Origin: a virus | Taxonomy: Duplodnaviria > Heunggongvirae > Uroviricota > Caudoviricetes | IMG/VR virus record: IMGVR_UViG_2923339551_000004 | Length of the DNA stretch: 60,308 nucleotides | Direction: 5' to 3' (one strand) | Shown: in pieces, positions 1 through 12,157 of the stretch | Numbering within the stretch: the first letter of the stretch is position 1 | Layout of the letters: each line of letters starts with the position of its first letter | Notes under the pieces: model-generated | Told to the model about the DNA's origin: nothing | The model's input: only the letters and a program-made list of their open reading frames with translations | Databases searched by the model: none | Program-made: the position numbers and the translations under genes

Positions 1-222
1 TCAGTATCTCGATAAGCGCAGAGAAATGATGCAGTGGTGGGCGGATTGGCTTGATGAAAAAGTGGAGTAATCCGGACCGTACTTCTTTATCCAGGCATAA
101 AGGCTGTGGGTGGTGATATCGAGACGTGTTGCAACGCTGGCAACAGAATAACCGCGATCAATAACCTGTTTGACTGCTTCAGTTTTAAACTCTTCGGGAT
201 AACGCTTACCGCTCATGGGCAC
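1..222 (-). pseudogene. IS3-family transposase OrfA-like fragment (N-terminal HTH), aberrant C-terminus
   Basis: N-terminal ~50 aa (MSGKRYPEEFKTEAVKQVIDRGYSVASVATRLDITTHSLYAWIKKYG) resembles IS3-family OrfA; the C-terminal ~20 aa look unrelated, suggesting truncation or junction. Confidence 0.45.
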
Positions 223-282
223 CTCTCTTTAAGCCATCTTAAATGACTCTGAGGTGTCTGTTAAACCCGTGGCGATTCAAAA

Positions 283-732
283 CTGCGTGTTACGTTCGCC
301 CTGGACTGTTGCGATCGTGAAGCCATAGACTGGGCCGCAAGCACGGGAGGTTACGATAAAGCGACAGTGCAGGATGTCATGTTAGGAGCGATAGAAAAAC
401 GCTTTGGCGATAAAGTACCGGAACAGTCCATCCAGTGGCTGACAGATAACGGTTCAGCGTATAGAGCGCATGAAACACGGCAGTTCGCCAGAGAGTTGAA
501 TCTGGAGCCCTGCACAACGGCAATCAGCAGTCCTCAGAGTAATGGAATGGCAGAAAGGTTCGTGAAAACGATGAAGGAAGACTACATCGCGTTCATGCCG
601 AAACCGAATGTAAGAACGGCATTGCATAATCTTGCAGTGGCGATCGAACATTACAATGAAAACCATCCGCACAGTGCGCTGGGTTATCGCTCTCCGCGAG
701 AATATCGACGTCAGCGGGTAACGTTAACTTAA
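283..732 (+). pseudogene. IS2-like (IS3 family) transposase OrfB, C-terminal fragment only
   Basis: Frame translation from ~283 ([13 protein letters not shown]...[14 protein letters not shown]) parallels the C-terminal third of IS2 InsD at 50931..51836; no N-terminal part or OrfA upstream; IS2-like terminal sequence (tgtctggaaata.agggggcaa) ends near 773. Confidence 0.7.
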
Positions 733-773
733 GATACACCCCCTGTCTGGAAATAAGGGGGCAAGAACAATGA

Positions 774-1526
774 TCAGATTCCCTGGTGAGTAAGAATTTT
801 ACTTTCTGAACTCCTCTGAGAGTATTGACTTGGAGAAACACCAAAATAACGTCTAAATACATAAGTAAAGTATGAGACACTGGCATAACCACAGACCTTA
901 GCTACTTTACTAATAGGATAACAACGAGTGCTGAGTAAATATTCAGCCATTTGCATCCTCTCATCAAGTATGATCTTACTGAATGATACCCCCTCTTCTT
1001 TCAATTTCATCTTTAGTAAACTTTCGCTGAGATATAATCTTGATGATATATCCTTAAGACGCCATGGTGCAGATAAATCCGTATGAATAATCGTTTTAAC
1101 TTTAGCCCCTGTGCTTTTCAAACATCCAAACAGAAATACTCCAAATTGTTTTTCAGAAGAAAATGCAGAGAGACATGTAAAAGCAATAGACTCATCAAAA
1201 ATTTCTATGTATTCAGCACAGTGATTAGCCCAACTAATTAATCCTTTAATTAAACTGAAGTCAGCAAAGTTTATTTTTAAATAAGATGGATATTCCCTAC
1301 AATCAGAAATATCCCTTAAGTTATTAGCTTTCAAATAGCGACTAATAAACTCAGCGCCAAAATCCGCCACTATCACTCTTTCAGGATATGTCAGGAAAAA
1401 ATCTCTAGAGCTAGAGTCGACAAGTACAGATGAACCTCTCTCCAGAAACACACTCTCTTTTCCGAAATAAACATCAAAGGACTCCAAAATCAATATAACT
1501 GAACATGTAGTTGCCATATCATCCAC
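774..1526 (-). CDS. AraC/XylS-family transcriptional regulator (AppY/EnvY/GadX-like)
   Basis: 250 aa ORF; C-terminal double HTH typical of AraC family (SKVAKVCGYASVSYFTYVFRRYFGVSPSQY); AT-rich gene. Confidence 0.7.
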   Translation of the reverse strand: MDDMATTCSVILILESFDVYFGKESVFLERGSSVLVDSSSRDFFLTYPERVIVADFGAEFISRYLKANNLRDISDCREYPSYLKINFADFSLIKGLISWANHCAEYIEIFDESIAFTCLSAFSSEKQFGVFLFGCLKSTGAKVKTIIHTDLSAPWRLKDISSRLYLSESLLKMKLKEEGVSFSKIILDERMQMAEYLLSTRCYPISKVAKVCGYASVSYFTYVFRRYFGVSPSQYSQRSSESKILTHQGI

Positions 1527-1738
1527 CCAATTTAACTGAAACCTGGATGAAGTATATGCATATAAAGTTCACTTTGCCAAACTTCAGTATAAAAAACCAC
1601 ATAAAAAATAGGGTGTGATAAAAAATACCGTAACAATAAAGCAAAGGATTATAAAATCCGTTACAGTTACAAATGATACTCAAGAAACAATTCCTTAGGA
1701 AAAACTTATTTACAGCCAATAAGGGTAATGACTCGAAC

Positions 1739-2242
1739 TTATTGATAGTGTTTTATGTTCAGATAATGCCCGATGACTTTGTCATGCAGCTCCACCGATT
1801 TTGAGAACGACAGCGACTTCCGTCCCAGCCGTGCCAGGTGCTGCCTCAGATTCAGGTTATGCTGCTCAATTCGCTGCGTATATCGCTTGCTGATTACGTG
1901 CAGCTTTCCCTTCAGGCGGGATTCATACAGCGGCCAGCCATCCGTCATCCATATCACCACGTCAAAGGGTGACAGCAGGCTCATAAGATGCCCCAGCGTC
2001 GCCATAGTGCGTTCACCGAATACGTGCGCAACAACCGTCTTCCGGAGCCTGTCATACGCGTAAAACAGCCAGCGCTGGCGCGATTTAGCCCCGACATAGC
2101 CCCACTGTTCGTCCATTTCCGCGCAGACGATGACGTCACTGCCCGGCTGTATGCGCGAGGTTACCGACTGCGGCCTGAGTTTTTTAAGTGACGTAAAATC
2201 GTGTTGAGGCCAACGCCCATAATGCGGGCAGTTGCCCGGCAT
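1739..2242 (-). CDS. insB: IS1 InsB (expressed as InsAB' by frameshift)
   Basis: 167 aa, overlaps the insA 3' end as in IS1. Confidence 0.9.
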
Positions 2243-2436
2243 CCAACGCCATTCATGGCCATATCAATGATTTTCTGGTGCGTACCGGGTTGAGAAGCGG
2301 TGTAAGTGAACTGCAGTTGCCATGTTTTACGGCAGTGAGAGCAGAGATAGCGCTGATGTCCGGCGGTGCTTTTGCCGTTACGCACCACCCCGTCAGTAGC
2401 TGAACAGGAGGGACAGCTGATAGAAACAGAAGCCAC
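2161..2436 (-). CDS. insA: IS1 InsA
   Basis: 91 aa, [37 protein letters not shown]... matches IS1 InsA. Confidence 0.9.
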
Positions 2437-3240
2437 TGGAGCACCTCAAAAACACCATCATACACTAAATCAGTAAGTTGGCAGCATCACCAGCCTTCTT
2501 GAGGCTACCACCTGTTTTCAGGTGTCATTCAGACGTGATTTGCCCCAGATTGGGAAAGCACGCTTTTTTCTCAGCTATCGTCCTCTTATTTTGCCGTTAC
2601 ATTTCTTTTTGCACTCTAATGATTAATTTACAATAATAATATCGGTAATTATTGAGTAATAATAAATTGATTATTGCAAATGTAATTTAATTCCATCTTC
2701 GCGTTATATTCCAATCTTTAATCTCCGCATGGAACAAGTTGCATGCGTGACTATATTAAGACAACTTATAACCACCAAAACATTTGCTTTGCAAGCAAAA
2801 ACAGTGACCATTGACTCTAAGAAAATTCCGATCTATTGTTAGGGTCATCAAAGTTACTTAACAGTATTCCGAAATGAAAATACAAAGCAAGCTAATTGTC
2901 TTATTAAACATTATTATTGCATTTATATTATTTGAGCTTTTAGCTCAAAAATTTGGTTTGAGTACATTATTTTAAAGCAAGATAAACAATATCGGGCACT
3001 CTAGTTTTTATAATTAACAATTAAACGTCCATGAAATGTTATTTACTTTTCTTCGCTATTGTCATATCTTAATATAGTGGCTTACGCCACTCTACTTTCA
3101 TCACATTTTGTACGTTTATGTACTCGCCATGAAGCTCTTTCATGGCGATTTTTTATTCTTAATCCAAGAACATACTCCCTACCTATAGCAAAATCACTTT
3201 TTTAACAAAAGAATAACGTATTTAGGTAATCATTACGAAT

Positions 3241-3822
3241 TTACCCTATAGGTGCTACTGGCCATTCAATATCCGGTGCAGTTGTTGTATTAACACGGTT
3301 CAGCAACACCCGATACTTCTTCCAGGCTTCCAGCAACGAGATTTCTTCCTCCGTTGCGATTTCCAGATCTACAGCATCCTGAAGTGGCGCAATATGCTCA
3401 CTGGCTACCTGCATCAGGCTGTTTTTTGTTTCTTCTGCCTCCCGGATCCGGAACAGTTTTTCTGCTTCCGTATCCTTCACCCAGGCTGTGCCGTTCCACT
3501 TCTGAAACTCCCCTTCCGGCGATAACCAGGTAACATTTTCCGCTAACGGACCGAGTTCAGAAATAAATAACGCGTCGCCGGAAGCCACGTCATAGACCGT
3601 TTTACCCCGATGGTCTTCAACGAGATGCCACGATGCCTCATCACTGTTGAAAACAGCCACAAAGCCAGCCGGAATATCTGGCGGTGCAATATCGGTACTG
3701 TTTGCTGGCAGACCTGTATGAGGCGGAATATATGCGTCACCTTCACCAATAAATTCATTAGTTCCGGCCAGCAGATTATAAATTGTTATGGTCCGTGGTT
3801 GTTCACTCATTCTGAATGCCAT
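3241..3822 (-). CDS. tfa: tail fiber assembly protein Tfa
   Basis: 193 aa immediately downstream of stf; Tfa-family sequence. Confidence 0.85.
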   Translation of the reverse strand: MAFRMSEQPRTITIYNLLAGTNEFIGEGDAYIPPHTGLPANSTDIAPPDIPAGFVAVFNSDEASWHLVEDHRGKTVYDVASGDALFISELGPLAENVTWLSPEGEFQKWNGTAWVKDTEAEKLFRIREAEETKNSLMQVASEHIAPLQDAVDLEIATEEEISLLEAWKKYRVLLNRVNTTTAPDIEWPVAPIG

Positions 3823-6800
3823 TATGCAAGCCTCACAATATAGTTAAATGCGATGTTTTTGACGGTGTTTTCCGCGTTACCAGCAGCGTTAACGGTGATG
3901 GTGTGTCCATGTGAGCCAATCGCAACCGAGTGCGTATGAGCACCAATACCGACAGTATGTGCGTGTGCACCTGCGCTTGCAGCAGTGCCGGACAGTGAGT
4001 GGGTATGAGCACCATCTGATGATGTCTTCCCTGCATTACGAGTCTGGCCACTACCGCTTGTTGTGCTCATAATCCCCGCGCTTGGATTTGAAATCGCGGT
4101 ATAACCATTAGGGAAAATGCTCGTGTTCGTGCCACCAAATGCACCGGAACTCTTGTGTTGGTGCGCACCGGCACTATTTGCGGTCCCGCTAATACTATGG
4201 GTATGCGCCCCGGTGTTATTCGTGGATTTGGTTCCGTAATCAAACGACGATGTGGTTTTCGTCCCCAAATCCGTACTGGATGCGCTGGCGCTGTGGGTAT
4301 GCGATTTAATGCCGTCCTGTTCCTGAGACAATACGGCCCGACCACTGGCAGGTTTGCCCTTAATCGTCCAGCCACGCATATCAGGGATCACGCCTGACGG
4401 ATAAGCCGCTGCAAGTTTCGGGTAGGCAGATTTGTCAAAAGCCTGCCCCTGCATCAGGGCATAGCCAGACGGAACGGTATCTGATGGCCACGGGATTGGT
4501 GCGCCGACTGGGTAGCTTTCTGGTGGAAGATTTTTCGAGGTATAAACTTCTGCCCAGTCTTCCTCAAAACCATAGCCATCTCTTGAGGAACGGTAGAACA
4601 GACCTCCATTTCTGTAATGCGCCTTCATCTGCAGGGTCCGGCAACTTCCGACTCCGGTATAGAAGTTAACCAGAATATAGCTGTCGCCAGAGCGGGTGAC
4701 ATTGTAAGCGCCTGATTCGGCATTCCAGGGAACGCCACCATCCGCATCGGCATATGTATCCGTTGCCCTTCTGGCAAAAGCAGCCACATGCGCGGCGGTT
4801 AAAGTAATATCTTTGGAACCATCAAACTCAACACCAGAAACCAGTCTTGGCGTTTGCAGCTTTGTTGCTGTTAATGCATTACCGTTCAGACTTGCGGACA
4901 GTTTGGTTCCAATAATCAGTTCGCCGGTTGCGTTATCAATAGCAAACGGTCTTAATGTATTCCAGCCACCATAAACATCACCTTGATTGGTAAGCAGCAG
5001 GTAAGTTTTAGCGCCATCATTACGCCATAATGCACCATACTCCCCACCTATCATTCGAATCTGATTACCACCACGCGCTACAATTTCGTCTGTGGCAAAA
5101 AGTTTTTTGCACGACAAGTTATCGTTAACGATTAACGAATGAGACTCATAAAAACCACGCCCACTCTTAAAATCAAGGATAACGTCCGCCGCGATACATT
5201 CAGTCGCCGGATTTGTTGCCCCAAACTTATAGGTCGTATCATTAACAACGAGATCAGCACCAGGTGCGGATATTGACAGGCCATCTTCGATAAACGCAAA
5301 AACAGGGAAAGCAGCGCCATCAACATAGAACACAGAGCGCAAATCATCGCCCTTATTACTCATCATTATTGAGTGGATGGCTCGTTCATTGTTTTGATAT
5401 TGCCAGAACATTCCATAAGCATAACGCCCCCTGTCAGTCCAGCCACCAGGCATAACAAATCCGTTAAACTCGCAGTTATTCATCGGATCGCCTGCGGTTC
5501 GCGTTGCCGTGGTGATAATGACCCTTGATGCCAGTTCGCTTACTGAGCCAGCAGAACGCATAACAACAACAGGGTAATATTTTCCAGATGTTGCACCTGC
5601 AGGAGCGTTAACCCGCACATAACGCATACCACGCTTATCAGCAAAGTCTGTTTTACTGACCGCGTTAATGTTGTTCAGGAAGCGTCCCTTATCGGGTATA
5701 TCAGCGCCGTTCTGGTCTTTCTGCAGACGTTTCTCTGCATTGTCATAGGCTGATTTTACTGCCTTTGGCGTTGCCGCCAGCGTTTCAGACGTACTGTTGG
5801 TCGCACTGCTGAGCTGTACTACCCCCTTTTTCGTCGTGCTCGCATCCTCAAGCGCCACGGCGGATGCAATATCCTCTGCCCGTTTTGCCGCTGTCTCGGC
5901 GCGCGTTGCCGCGGATTCCGCCGTACTTTTGCTCTGTGCTGCCGCTGCCGCACTGCCAGCTGCCTCTGTCGCCTTCGTGGATGCTGTCGTGGCGCTGCCC
6001 TTCGCTGCTGACGCCTGTCTGGTCGCCTCATCTTTTGAAGCAGACGCCGATGATGCCGATGACGCCGCCGAACTGGCTGACGATGCGGCAGCCGTTTTTG
6101 AGGATTCTGCGCTGGTTTCCGACGCTTTCGCGTTCGTTTCGGATGTCTTCGCTGCGGAAGCAGACCTCGCTGCTGCGCTGGCCTGTTCAGTGGCTTCGCC
6201 AGCCTTCGTTGTGGCTGTTGAAGCAGACGATGCGGCACTTTCTGCCGACTTTCCGGCAGCGGTGGCACTGGCTGAGGCCTGCCCGGCACTTGTTGACGCG
6301 GCGCTGGCAGACGACGCAGCCGCTGTTTTTGAGCCTGCCGCAGCTGAGGCACTCTGTCCCGCTGCCGTTTCAGAAGACTTAGCGTTCGTCTCGGACGTTT
6401 TGGCCGCCTTCGCAGAATTTGCTGTCGCCGTTGCCGAGGAAGCTGCGCTGCTGGCGCTCGAGGCTGCGCTCGTTTCTGATGATTTTGCCGCCTCTTTTGA
6501 AGCTGACGCATCCCGGGCTGAGGTGGCAGCTTCTGACGCTTTCGTGGTCGCGGTGGATGCAGAAGTGGCTGCTGATTGTTGTGACGCTGCCGCATTCGTT
6601 TCTGACGTTTTCGCCGCAGCGGCACTGGTGGCCGCCGCGCTTTTTGAGGACTCTGCAGCGGCAGCACTTTTTTCCGCTTCAGTGGCCTTTGTTGATGCCG
6701 TTCCTGCGCTGGAAGACGCTGACTGAGCCGACGACGCGGCCTGTCCGGCTGACGTGCTGGCTGCGCGTGCTGAGCCTGCAGCATCAGTCGCATGGGTTGC

Positions 6801-7223
6801 CGCCTCACGGGCTGATGTGCCGGCATCGCTGGCTGACTTCTTCGCGGCTGCCGTGTTCTGTGCCACCGCGGACGCGTTACGCGCCACCTCTTCCACCATC
6901 AGTTCAAAACGGCGCAGAGCCTCAGGACGGGCATCATCCTCTGTCATGGCACCGAGAAAATCATTCAGCGTACCGGGTTGAGAATCTTCATACACGGTAA
7001 TGGTCCCGGCATGTGATGGCGGGAATCCCTCCACCAACAGACTGACGCTGTACTGACCATACTCGACGTCCATTGTGTAACGCCCGGCTTCATCCGGGTT
7101 TTCTGAGGCCACTGTGTTCACCACCACCGTGGTGCTGTTGCGCCTGGCCTTTAGCTGAATGGTGCAGTTTTGTATCGGCTTACCTGCGCCATCTTTCAGT
7201 ACACCTGAAATCCGTACTGCCAT
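3822..7223 (-). CDS. stf: side tail fiber protein Stf (long, StfR-like)
   Basis: 1133 aa; N-terminus [31 protein letters not shown] and C-terminus ...[31 protein letters not shown] typical of lambdoid side tail fibers; central Ala/Ser-rich repeats. Confidence 0.9.
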   Translation of the reverse strand: MAVRISGVLKDGAGKPIQNCTIQLKARRNSTTVVVNTVASENPDEAGRYTMDVEYGQYSVSLLVEGFPPSHAGTITVYEDSQPGTLNDFLGAMTEDDARPEALRRFELMVEEVARNASAVAQNTAAAKKSASDAGTSAREAATHATDAAGSARAASTSAGQAASSAQSASSSAGTASTKATEAEKSAAAAESSKSAAATSAAAAKTSETNAAASQQSAATSASTATTKASEAATSARDASASKEAAKSSETSAASSASSAASSATATANSAKAAKTSETNAKSSETAAGQSASAAAGSKTAAASSASAASTSAGQASASATAAGKSAESAASSASTATTKAGEATEQASAAARSASAAKTSETNAKASETSAESSKTAAASSASSAASSASSASASKDEATRQASAAKGSATTASTKATEAAGSAAAAAQSKSTAESAATRAETAAKRAEDIASAVALEDASTTKKGVVQLSSATNSTSETLAATPKAVKSAYDNAEKRLQKDQNGADIPDKGRFLNNINAVSKTDFADKRGMRYVRVNAPAGATSGKYYPVVVMRSAGSVSELASRVIITTATRTAGDPMNNCEFNGFVMPGGWTDRGRYAYGMFWQYQNNERAIHSIMMSNKGDDLRSVFYVDGAAFPVFAFIEDGLSISAPGADLVVNDTTYKFGATNPATECIAADVILDFKSGRGFYESHSLIVNDNLSCKKLFATDEIVARGGNQIRMIGGEYGALWRNDGAKTYLLLTNQGDVYGGWNTLRPFAIDNATGELIIGTKLSASLNGNALTATKLQTPRLVSGVEFDGSKDITLTAAHVAAFARRATDTYADADGGVPWNAESGAYNVTRSGDSYILVNFYTGVGSCRTLQMKAHYRNGGLFYRSSRDGYGFEEDWAEVYTSKNLPPESYPVGAPIPWPSDTVPSGYALMQGQAFDKSAYPKLAAAYPSGVIPDMRGWTIKGKPASGRAVLSQEQDGIKSHTHSASASSTDLGTKTTSSFDYGTKSTNNTGAHTHSISGTANSAGAHQHKSSGAFGGTNTSIFPNGYTAISNPSAGIMSTTSGSGQTRNAGKTSSDGAHTHSLSGTAASAGAHAHTVGIGAHTHSVAIGSHGHTITVNAAGNAENTVKNIAFNYIVRLA
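5790..6900 (-). repeat. Ala/Ser/Thr-rich low-complexity repeat tract inside stf
   Basis: Reiterated [13 protein letters not shown] units; generates long spurious ORFs in other frames (5797..6726, 5819..6826). Confidence 0.8.
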
Positions 7224-7232
7224 ATTCCCCCC

Positions 7233-7260
7233 ACAAAAAAGCCCGCCTGAACCGGCGGGC
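7233..7260 (-). terminator. intrinsic terminator downstream of lom
   Basis: GC hairpin gcccgcc...ggcgggc followed by a T-run on the minus strand. Confidence 0.6.
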
Positions 7261-7287
7261 TGTCATAACACTGTGTTACCTGGCTAA

Positions 7288-7887
7288 TCAGAATTTATAA
7301 CCGACACCAACGATGAAACTGTTGGTACGCCAGTCACCGCTGCCGGAGCCTTCATAAGCAATATCAATGGCCACGGATTCGGTCGGGTTAAACTGCACGC
7401 CAGCTCCCCACGCCAGAGACGTGTTGCTGTGGCGACCGTCATCACTTCCGGTCAGCACGTCGTGCGTTTTCCCCTTGTTGTCAGTTACGCGGAGATAATC
7501 CCCGGAGAAAGTCGACACACGGCTGTAAGCCACACCCGCCATCGCATACGCGCTGAACCATTCATTCACGCGCACAGACGGCCCCGCCATCACGCTGAAC
7601 CAGCGGTTACGAACGGAATCTTCATGCCAGCGGGTATCGCTGTAACGGGTAAGCTGGCGATTCTTGTCTCCTGCATAGCTGAATGACGTCACCATCCCCA
7701 GTGTGTCCGTAAACTCATAACGGTATTTCACGTTAATCCCGTTCAGATCATCGCTGCCGGGAACGTTCGTCGAGGCATGAAGATACCCCGCGCTCAGCGT
7801 GGACTGATGTTCAGATGCCCATGCAGGCGCACCGGATACGGCCAGACAAATGGCTGCGGACAAAATTGCTGCACAAACTTTACGCAT
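7288..7887 (-). CDS. lom: outer membrane protein Lom
   Basis: 199 aa with signal peptide, near-identical to lambda Lom. Confidence 0.9.
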   Translation of the reverse strand: MRKVCAAILSAAICLAVSGAPAWASEHQSTLSAGYLHASTNVPGSDDLNGINVKYRYEFTDTLGMVTSFSYAGDKNRQLTRYSDTRWHEDSVRNRWFSVMAGPSVRVNEWFSAYAMAGVAYSRVSTFSGDYLRVTDNKGKTHDVLTGSDDGRHSNTSLAWGAGVQFNPTESVAIDIAYEGSGSGDWRTNSFIVGVGYKF

Positions 7888-7911
7888 AATTACCTCTCGC
7901 TTTTCTGCAAT

Positions 7912-7945
7912 AAAAAAGGCGTCATTCCTGACGCCCTTTATTGGG
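7912..7945 (-). terminator. intrinsic terminator downstream of J
   Basis: Hairpin ggcgtcaggaatgacgcc plus T-run on the minus strand. Confidence 0.6.
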
Positions 7946-7957
7946 GTTATAACAATT

Positions 7958-10900
7958 TCAACGAATACTGATGCCGGAAGCGGCTTTTTTGGTCACAATC
8001 ACCGTACAGTCGGTGATATTACCTGCCCACTGATTGCCTTTATGGAAAACCTTAAACTCCAGAGTGACGCTTCCCCTGCCACTCGGCATATCAATAACCG
8101 CACTGTAGCTACCGGGAATGGCCCCTTTAGTTTCTCTGGATGCGATTAATACACCGTTTTTGCGAACTTCAAAACCATAACCCGTGTATCTTGTACCTCC
8201 CGGGTTATTACCACTTCCCGGATCGCTATACGCTATTCCGTTAAAGATAATGGGCGGAATAATGATTTGACGGTCAAAGTTATGATCATCGCTGATGGTG
8301 ACTGTAACCGTCCCGTTTGGTGTTTCCGTATTACCCCACGTACCAGCCTGTTTCGGGAATGATTTGGATACAGCTTTAACGAAGTCACCTCTGACCTGAG
8401 TCGCCTCCAGCATGCCCTTAATCGTACAGTTTTCATTTACCGTGACATTGTTGAGCGTCCCGGCGTTCGCATTCACACTGCCACTGATATCCGCATTTTT
8501 AGCGGTCAGCTTTCCGTCCGGTGTCAGGGAAAATGCCGGTGGATTTCCACCGCTGGTAATGGTGGGGGCCGTCAGGCGTTTCAGGAACACGTCGTTCATG
8601 AATATCTGATCGCCCTGACCAACAAACATCGGTTTTGTGTTGCCATTCGCAGGATTAACCATCGCAATCCTGTCCGCCGCCAGCAGCACCTGACTCTGCA
8701 TGCCGTCAGGGGTGTTCTCAATACCGGCACCAATACCCGCGATATAAAGGCGTCCGTCCTGCATCTGCTGCAGCTTCACAGCCCACATGCTGTTCAGGTT
8801 ATTATTTGTATCAACCTGAACTTTCTGTATCTGCTGGATTGCCGCACTCTGGTCTTCCAGTTTTTTATTGACGGTCTGCGTGATTTCATTGCTGACATTC
8901 GTAATGGACGTCCTGATTTCAGCCAGGTCCGGCGCAAGCTGACCGTTATCAATCTGCGTCCACAGCTCCTGGGCCAGATGTGTTTTCCCGATTTCTCCTT
9001 TGAAAAAATCCAGGTAACCTTCCGCATCATCGCTCGCCCGACCGACAGCCTCCACGAATGCCGATTTGCCAACAGTGTTCACACTGCGAACGTAAAAATA
9101 ATAATCATGACCCGGCTTGATATTGATACTGGCAGCTATCCAGTACAGCGCCGTGCCAAGATAGCGGGCTGTAGTTTCAACCTGCCTGATATCGGTAATC
9201 CGCTTTTCCGAGAACCAGAACTCAAACTGTACCGTCGGGTCATAAACGGCAAGATGCGGCGTTGCGGTTATCTGAAAATAGCCCGGCGTCAGTTCAATCC
9301 GCGACGGCGTCGCCGGTGCGGCAATCCGGAACAATACCGACGCCGGATCGCCCTGCTGTCCCCACGCATTTACCGCCCGGACTGTCAGCCTGTAGTTTCC
9401 CAGCGCCAGCTGCCTGAAGCGGTATGTGGTTTCCGTCGTCCGGGCTGTGCTGACCAGCCGCTCACTGCCATCGTCCGCTGTCACGGTCAGGCGAAGCATA
9501 AAGCTCACCCCCTTCACCACCTTCGGTGTGTCCCAGCGCGCCAGCACCTGATATTCCCCGCTGTCTGCGGAGACTTCGGCTGTCAGGTGCTGTACCGCTG
9601 GCGGCGTGACACCATTCACCGTGCCGCTCAAATCGCCGTCAAAGTGCGCCCCGTTATCCACGATGGCCTCTTTTTCCGGTACATGCTGCACGGCAGTGAT
9701 GGCATACGTGCCGTCATCGTTCTCACGGATACTCACACAGCGGAACAGGCGCTGGCGCAACGTCGGCAACTTCAGCCCCCATACGCTGTATCCGGCAACG
9801 CCGTCAGGAACACGGCTCACTTTTACCTTCACGCCGTCGGTGACGGACTGGACCTCCACGCTGACCGGATTGCCACTTCCGTCAACCAGGCTTATCAGCG
9901 TGGTGCCGGAAGATGGCAGCGTGATTTCACGGTCGAGCGTCAGCGTCCGGGTCTGGCTGTTCACCGCCAGCACGCGCCCGCCGGTGCTGATACCGGCATA
10001 GTCATCATCGCAGATTTCAATGACATCGCCCGGTACATGGCGAAGCCCTTCAGCACCCACGCTGAAGTCCACGGTCTGCGTTTCCAGCAGCTCCGTTTTA
10101 ATCAGCCACAGCCCGGCTCGGTGTGCCTGCCCCCGGCTGGTACAGCCAAAGGCATCCATCTTCGTGACGTTACGACCATAACGGGCAATGGCCTGCGTGT
10201 CCTCCACAAGCTCTGTCGCCGTCTCCCAGCCGTTATCCGGGTCAATCCAGTTCACCTCAACGGCATTATGGCGGTCCTTGAGGGCGCTGAAGCTGTAGCG
10301 GAACGGCGCGCCATCATCCGGCATCACCACATTACTGCGGTTATAGGTCCACACCTTATCCGACGGTCGGTCCTGCACGAACGTCAGCGTCTGCCCGTTC
10401 CATACCGGCATACAGCGCATCGCCGAGCAGAAATCACTGAGCACATCCCACGCCTTGCGCTGTGTGGTCAGGTACGCATTACAGGTGATGCGCGGCTCCG
10501 TGCCGCCAAAGCCGTCCGGCACTGACTGGTCGCAGTACTGGCCGATGACATACAGCGCCCATTTGTCCACATCCGCCGCACCAAGACGTTTCCCCATGCC
10601 GTAGCGTGGGTGGGTCAGCATATCCCACAGACACCAGGCCATGTTATTGCTGTATGCTGGCTTAAACGTTCCGTCCCAGATACCGCTGTATTGCCGCGTC
10701 TGCGGGTTATAATTCGACGGCACCTGCAGAATACGCCCGCGCAGATGATAATTACGGCTCACCTGCTGGCTGCCGAACTGCTCCGAGTCCACCTGCACAC
10801 CGACCAGTGCCGTGTTCGGGTAGCACTGTTTCACATCGATGATTTCGGTGTATGACGACCAGAGCGTTTTGTTCTGCAGCTGGTCTGTGGTGCTGTCCGG

Positions 10901-11455
10901 CGTCATCCTGCGCATCCGGATATTAAACGGGCGCGGCGGCAGGTTATCCACCACCACCGAGGCCAGATACTGCGAGGTGGTTTTGCCCTTAATGGTGATG
11001 TCTTTTTCCGTCACCCAGCCACCGTTACGCTGTATCTGAACCAGCAGGCGGACTTCCGACGGATTCCTGTCACCCTTTGAGGTGGTTTCCACCAGTGCCT
11101 GTACACCGAAGGTAAAGCGCAGACGGTCGATGTTTGCCGACGTGATGGTCCGGGTGATCGGCGTGTCATATTTCACTTCCGTACCCAGCACCGTCTCGGA
11201 GCCGGAGGATTCAAATCCCTCCGGCGGTGACTGCTCCTGCTCACCGGCCCGGAACACCACCGTGACGCCGGATATATTGGTATTCCCCTCACTGTCCAGC
11301 ACCGGCGTACTGTTCAGCAGCACGCTTTTTAATCCATCCACCGGACCTTCAACCGGCCCTTCGCTGATGGCATCGATCACACTCAGCAGCTGCGTGGACT
11401 TCAGGTTGTCCTTCGCTTCGCGCGGGGTATGCCCCTTACTGCTGCCTTTACCCAT
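7958..11455 (-). CDS. J: tail tip host-specificity protein J
   Basis: 1165 aa, lambda J homolog. Confidence 0.95.
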   Translation of the reverse strand: MGKGSSKGHTPREAKDNLKSTQLLSVIDAISEGPVEGPVDGLKSVLLNSTPVLDSEGNTNISGVTVVFRAGEQEQSPPEGFESSGSETVLGTEVKYDTPITRTITSANIDRLRFTFGVQALVETTSKGDRNPSEVRLLVQIQRNGGWVTEKDITIKGKTTSQYLASVVVDNLPPRPFNIRMRRMTPDSTTDQLQNKTLWSSYTEIIDVKQCYPNTALVGVQVDSEQFGSQQVSRNYHLRGRILQVPSNYNPQTRQYSGIWDGTFKPAYSNNMAWCLWDMLTHPRYGMGKRLGAADVDKWALYVIGQYCDQSVPDGFGGTEPRITCNAYLTTQRKAWDVLSDFCSAMRCMPVWNGQTLTFVQDRPSDKVWTYNRSNVVMPDDGAPFRYSFSALKDRHNAVEVNWIDPDNGWETATELVEDTQAIARYGRNVTKMDAFGCTSRGQAHRAGLWLIKTELLETQTVDFSVGAEGLRHVPGDVIEICDDDYAGISTGGRVLAVNSQTRTLTLDREITLPSSGTTLISLVDGSGNPVSVEVQSVTDGVKVKVSRVPDGVAGYSVWGLKLPTLRQRLFRCVSIRENDDGTYAITAVQHVPEKEAIVDNGAHFDGDLSGTVNGVTPPAVQHLTAEVSADSGEYQVLARWDTPKVVKGVSFMLRLTVTADDGSERLVSTARTTETTYRFRQLALGNYRLTVRAVNAWGQQGDPASVLFRIAAPATPSRIELTPGYFQITATPHLAVYDPTVQFEFWFSEKRITDIRQVETTARYLGTALYWIAASINIKPGHDYYFYVRSVNTVGKSAFVEAVGRASDDAEGYLDFFKGEIGKTHLAQELWTQIDNGQLAPDLAEIRTSITNVSNEITQTVNKKLEDQSAAIQQIQKVQVDTNNNLNSMWAVKLQQMQDGRLYIAGIGAGIENTPDGMQSQVLLAADRIAMVNPANGNTKPMFVGQGDQIFMNDVFLKRLTAPTITSGGNPPAFSLTPDGKLTAKNADISGSVNANAGTLNNVTVNENCTIKGMLEATQVRGDFVKAVSKSFPKQAGTWGNTETPNGTVTVTISDDHNFDRQIIIPPIIFNGIAYSDPGSGNNPGGTRYTGYGFEVRKNGVLIASRETKGAIPGSYSAVIDMPSGRGSVTLEFKVFHKGNQWAGNITDCTVIVTKKAASGISIR

Positions 11456-11515
11456 TCGTCATGCTCCATAAACGATAAAACCGCCCGGAGGCGGTTTCAC
11501 ATAAAACGTTTTTCA

Positions 11516-12157
11516 TCAGCGACCAATCACCACAACCTGACCACCATCACCTTCATCTGCTGTGCTGATCTCCTGAGATACCACACGTGATCCCACGCGC
11601 ATTTCACCGTACAGAACGGGCAGAACATTGCCCTGGGCAACCATATTATCCAGTGAAGAAAAATAGGTGTTCTGTTTGCCGTTATCCGTTGTCTGTGTGC
11701 TGGGGGTTTTGGGTTTAGGGGCCAGCATCTGTGCAACACCGCCAAGCGTCATACTGGCACCGAGAGAAAACAGCAGATTACTCGCCATAATTCCTACCCC
11801 CGGCATCCATATAGCAACCGCCATAACAGCCGCCCCCAGCACAGCCTGAAACACACCGCCACTTTTGGCTCCTGCCAGACGCGGCACGATATGGATCACA
11901 GCACCATTTGCCAGCGGTTCATTAAGACGGGCTGATAATTCCGTTTCACCTGTATCACGCCCGGCAATCCGTACCTGATACCAGCCGTCGCTCAGTTTCT
12001 GACGAAACGCCGGGAGCTGTGTGGCCAGCGCCCGGATGGCTTCAGCCCCCGTTTTCACACGAAGGTCGATGCGGCGACCAAATCGTTGTAAATCCCCGTA
12101 AAGGCAGATGCGCGCCATGCCCGGTGACGCCAGAGGGAGTGTGTGCGTCGCTGCCAT
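11516..12157 (-). CDS. I: tail tip assembly protein I
   Basis: 213 aa; overlaps K as in lambda. Confidence 0.85.
   Translation of the reverse strand: MAATHTLPLASPGMARICLYGDLQRFGRRIDLRVKTGAEAIRALATQLPAFRQKLSDGWYQVRIAGRDTGETELSARLNEPLANGAVIHIVPRLAGAKSGGVFQAVLGAAVMAVAIWMPGVGIMASNLLFSLGASMTLGGVAQMLAPKPKTPSTQTTDNGKQNTYFSSLDNMVAQGNVLPVLYGEMRVGSRVVSQEISTADEGDGGQVVVIGR

Larger units (their letters stand above)
1724..2491 (-). mobile_element. IS1: IS1 insertion sequence, complete 768 bp with terminal inverted repeats
   Basis: Ends ggtaatgactc...(1724) and ...gttggcagcatcacc (2491) match the IS1 inverted repeats; contains insA and insB; flanking 9-mers differ (gccaataag vs agccttctt), so no target duplication. 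Confidence 0.9.

Noticed and set aside
1-773. Possibility that the two IS3-family ORF fragments form one intact IS element
   Set aside because: The OrfA-like fragment is on the minus strand and the OrfB fragment on the plus strand, and the OrfB fragment lacks its N-terminal two-thirds; they are remnants, not a functional element.
2492-3240. AT-rich 750-bp stretch as a possible rRNA, tRNA or small RNA locus
   Set aside because: No cloverleaf-compatible tRNA or rRNA-like sequence recognised; it looks like horizontally acquired AT-rich spacer or promoter DNA, though a small RNA cannot be excluded without expression data.
5797-6826. Long ORFs on both strands overlapping stf (309 aa plus-strand, 335 aa minus-strand Arg/Pro/Gln-rich)
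   Set aside because: They lie entirely within the Ala/Ser-rich repeat region of stf and have extreme composition; they are frame artefacts of the repeat.
8978-10525. 515-aa ORF antisense to J and similar antisense ORFs across H, B, A and C
   Set aside because: They overlap well-supported lambda structural genes on the opposite strand and have no independent start or RBS support; typical of GC-rich coding regions.
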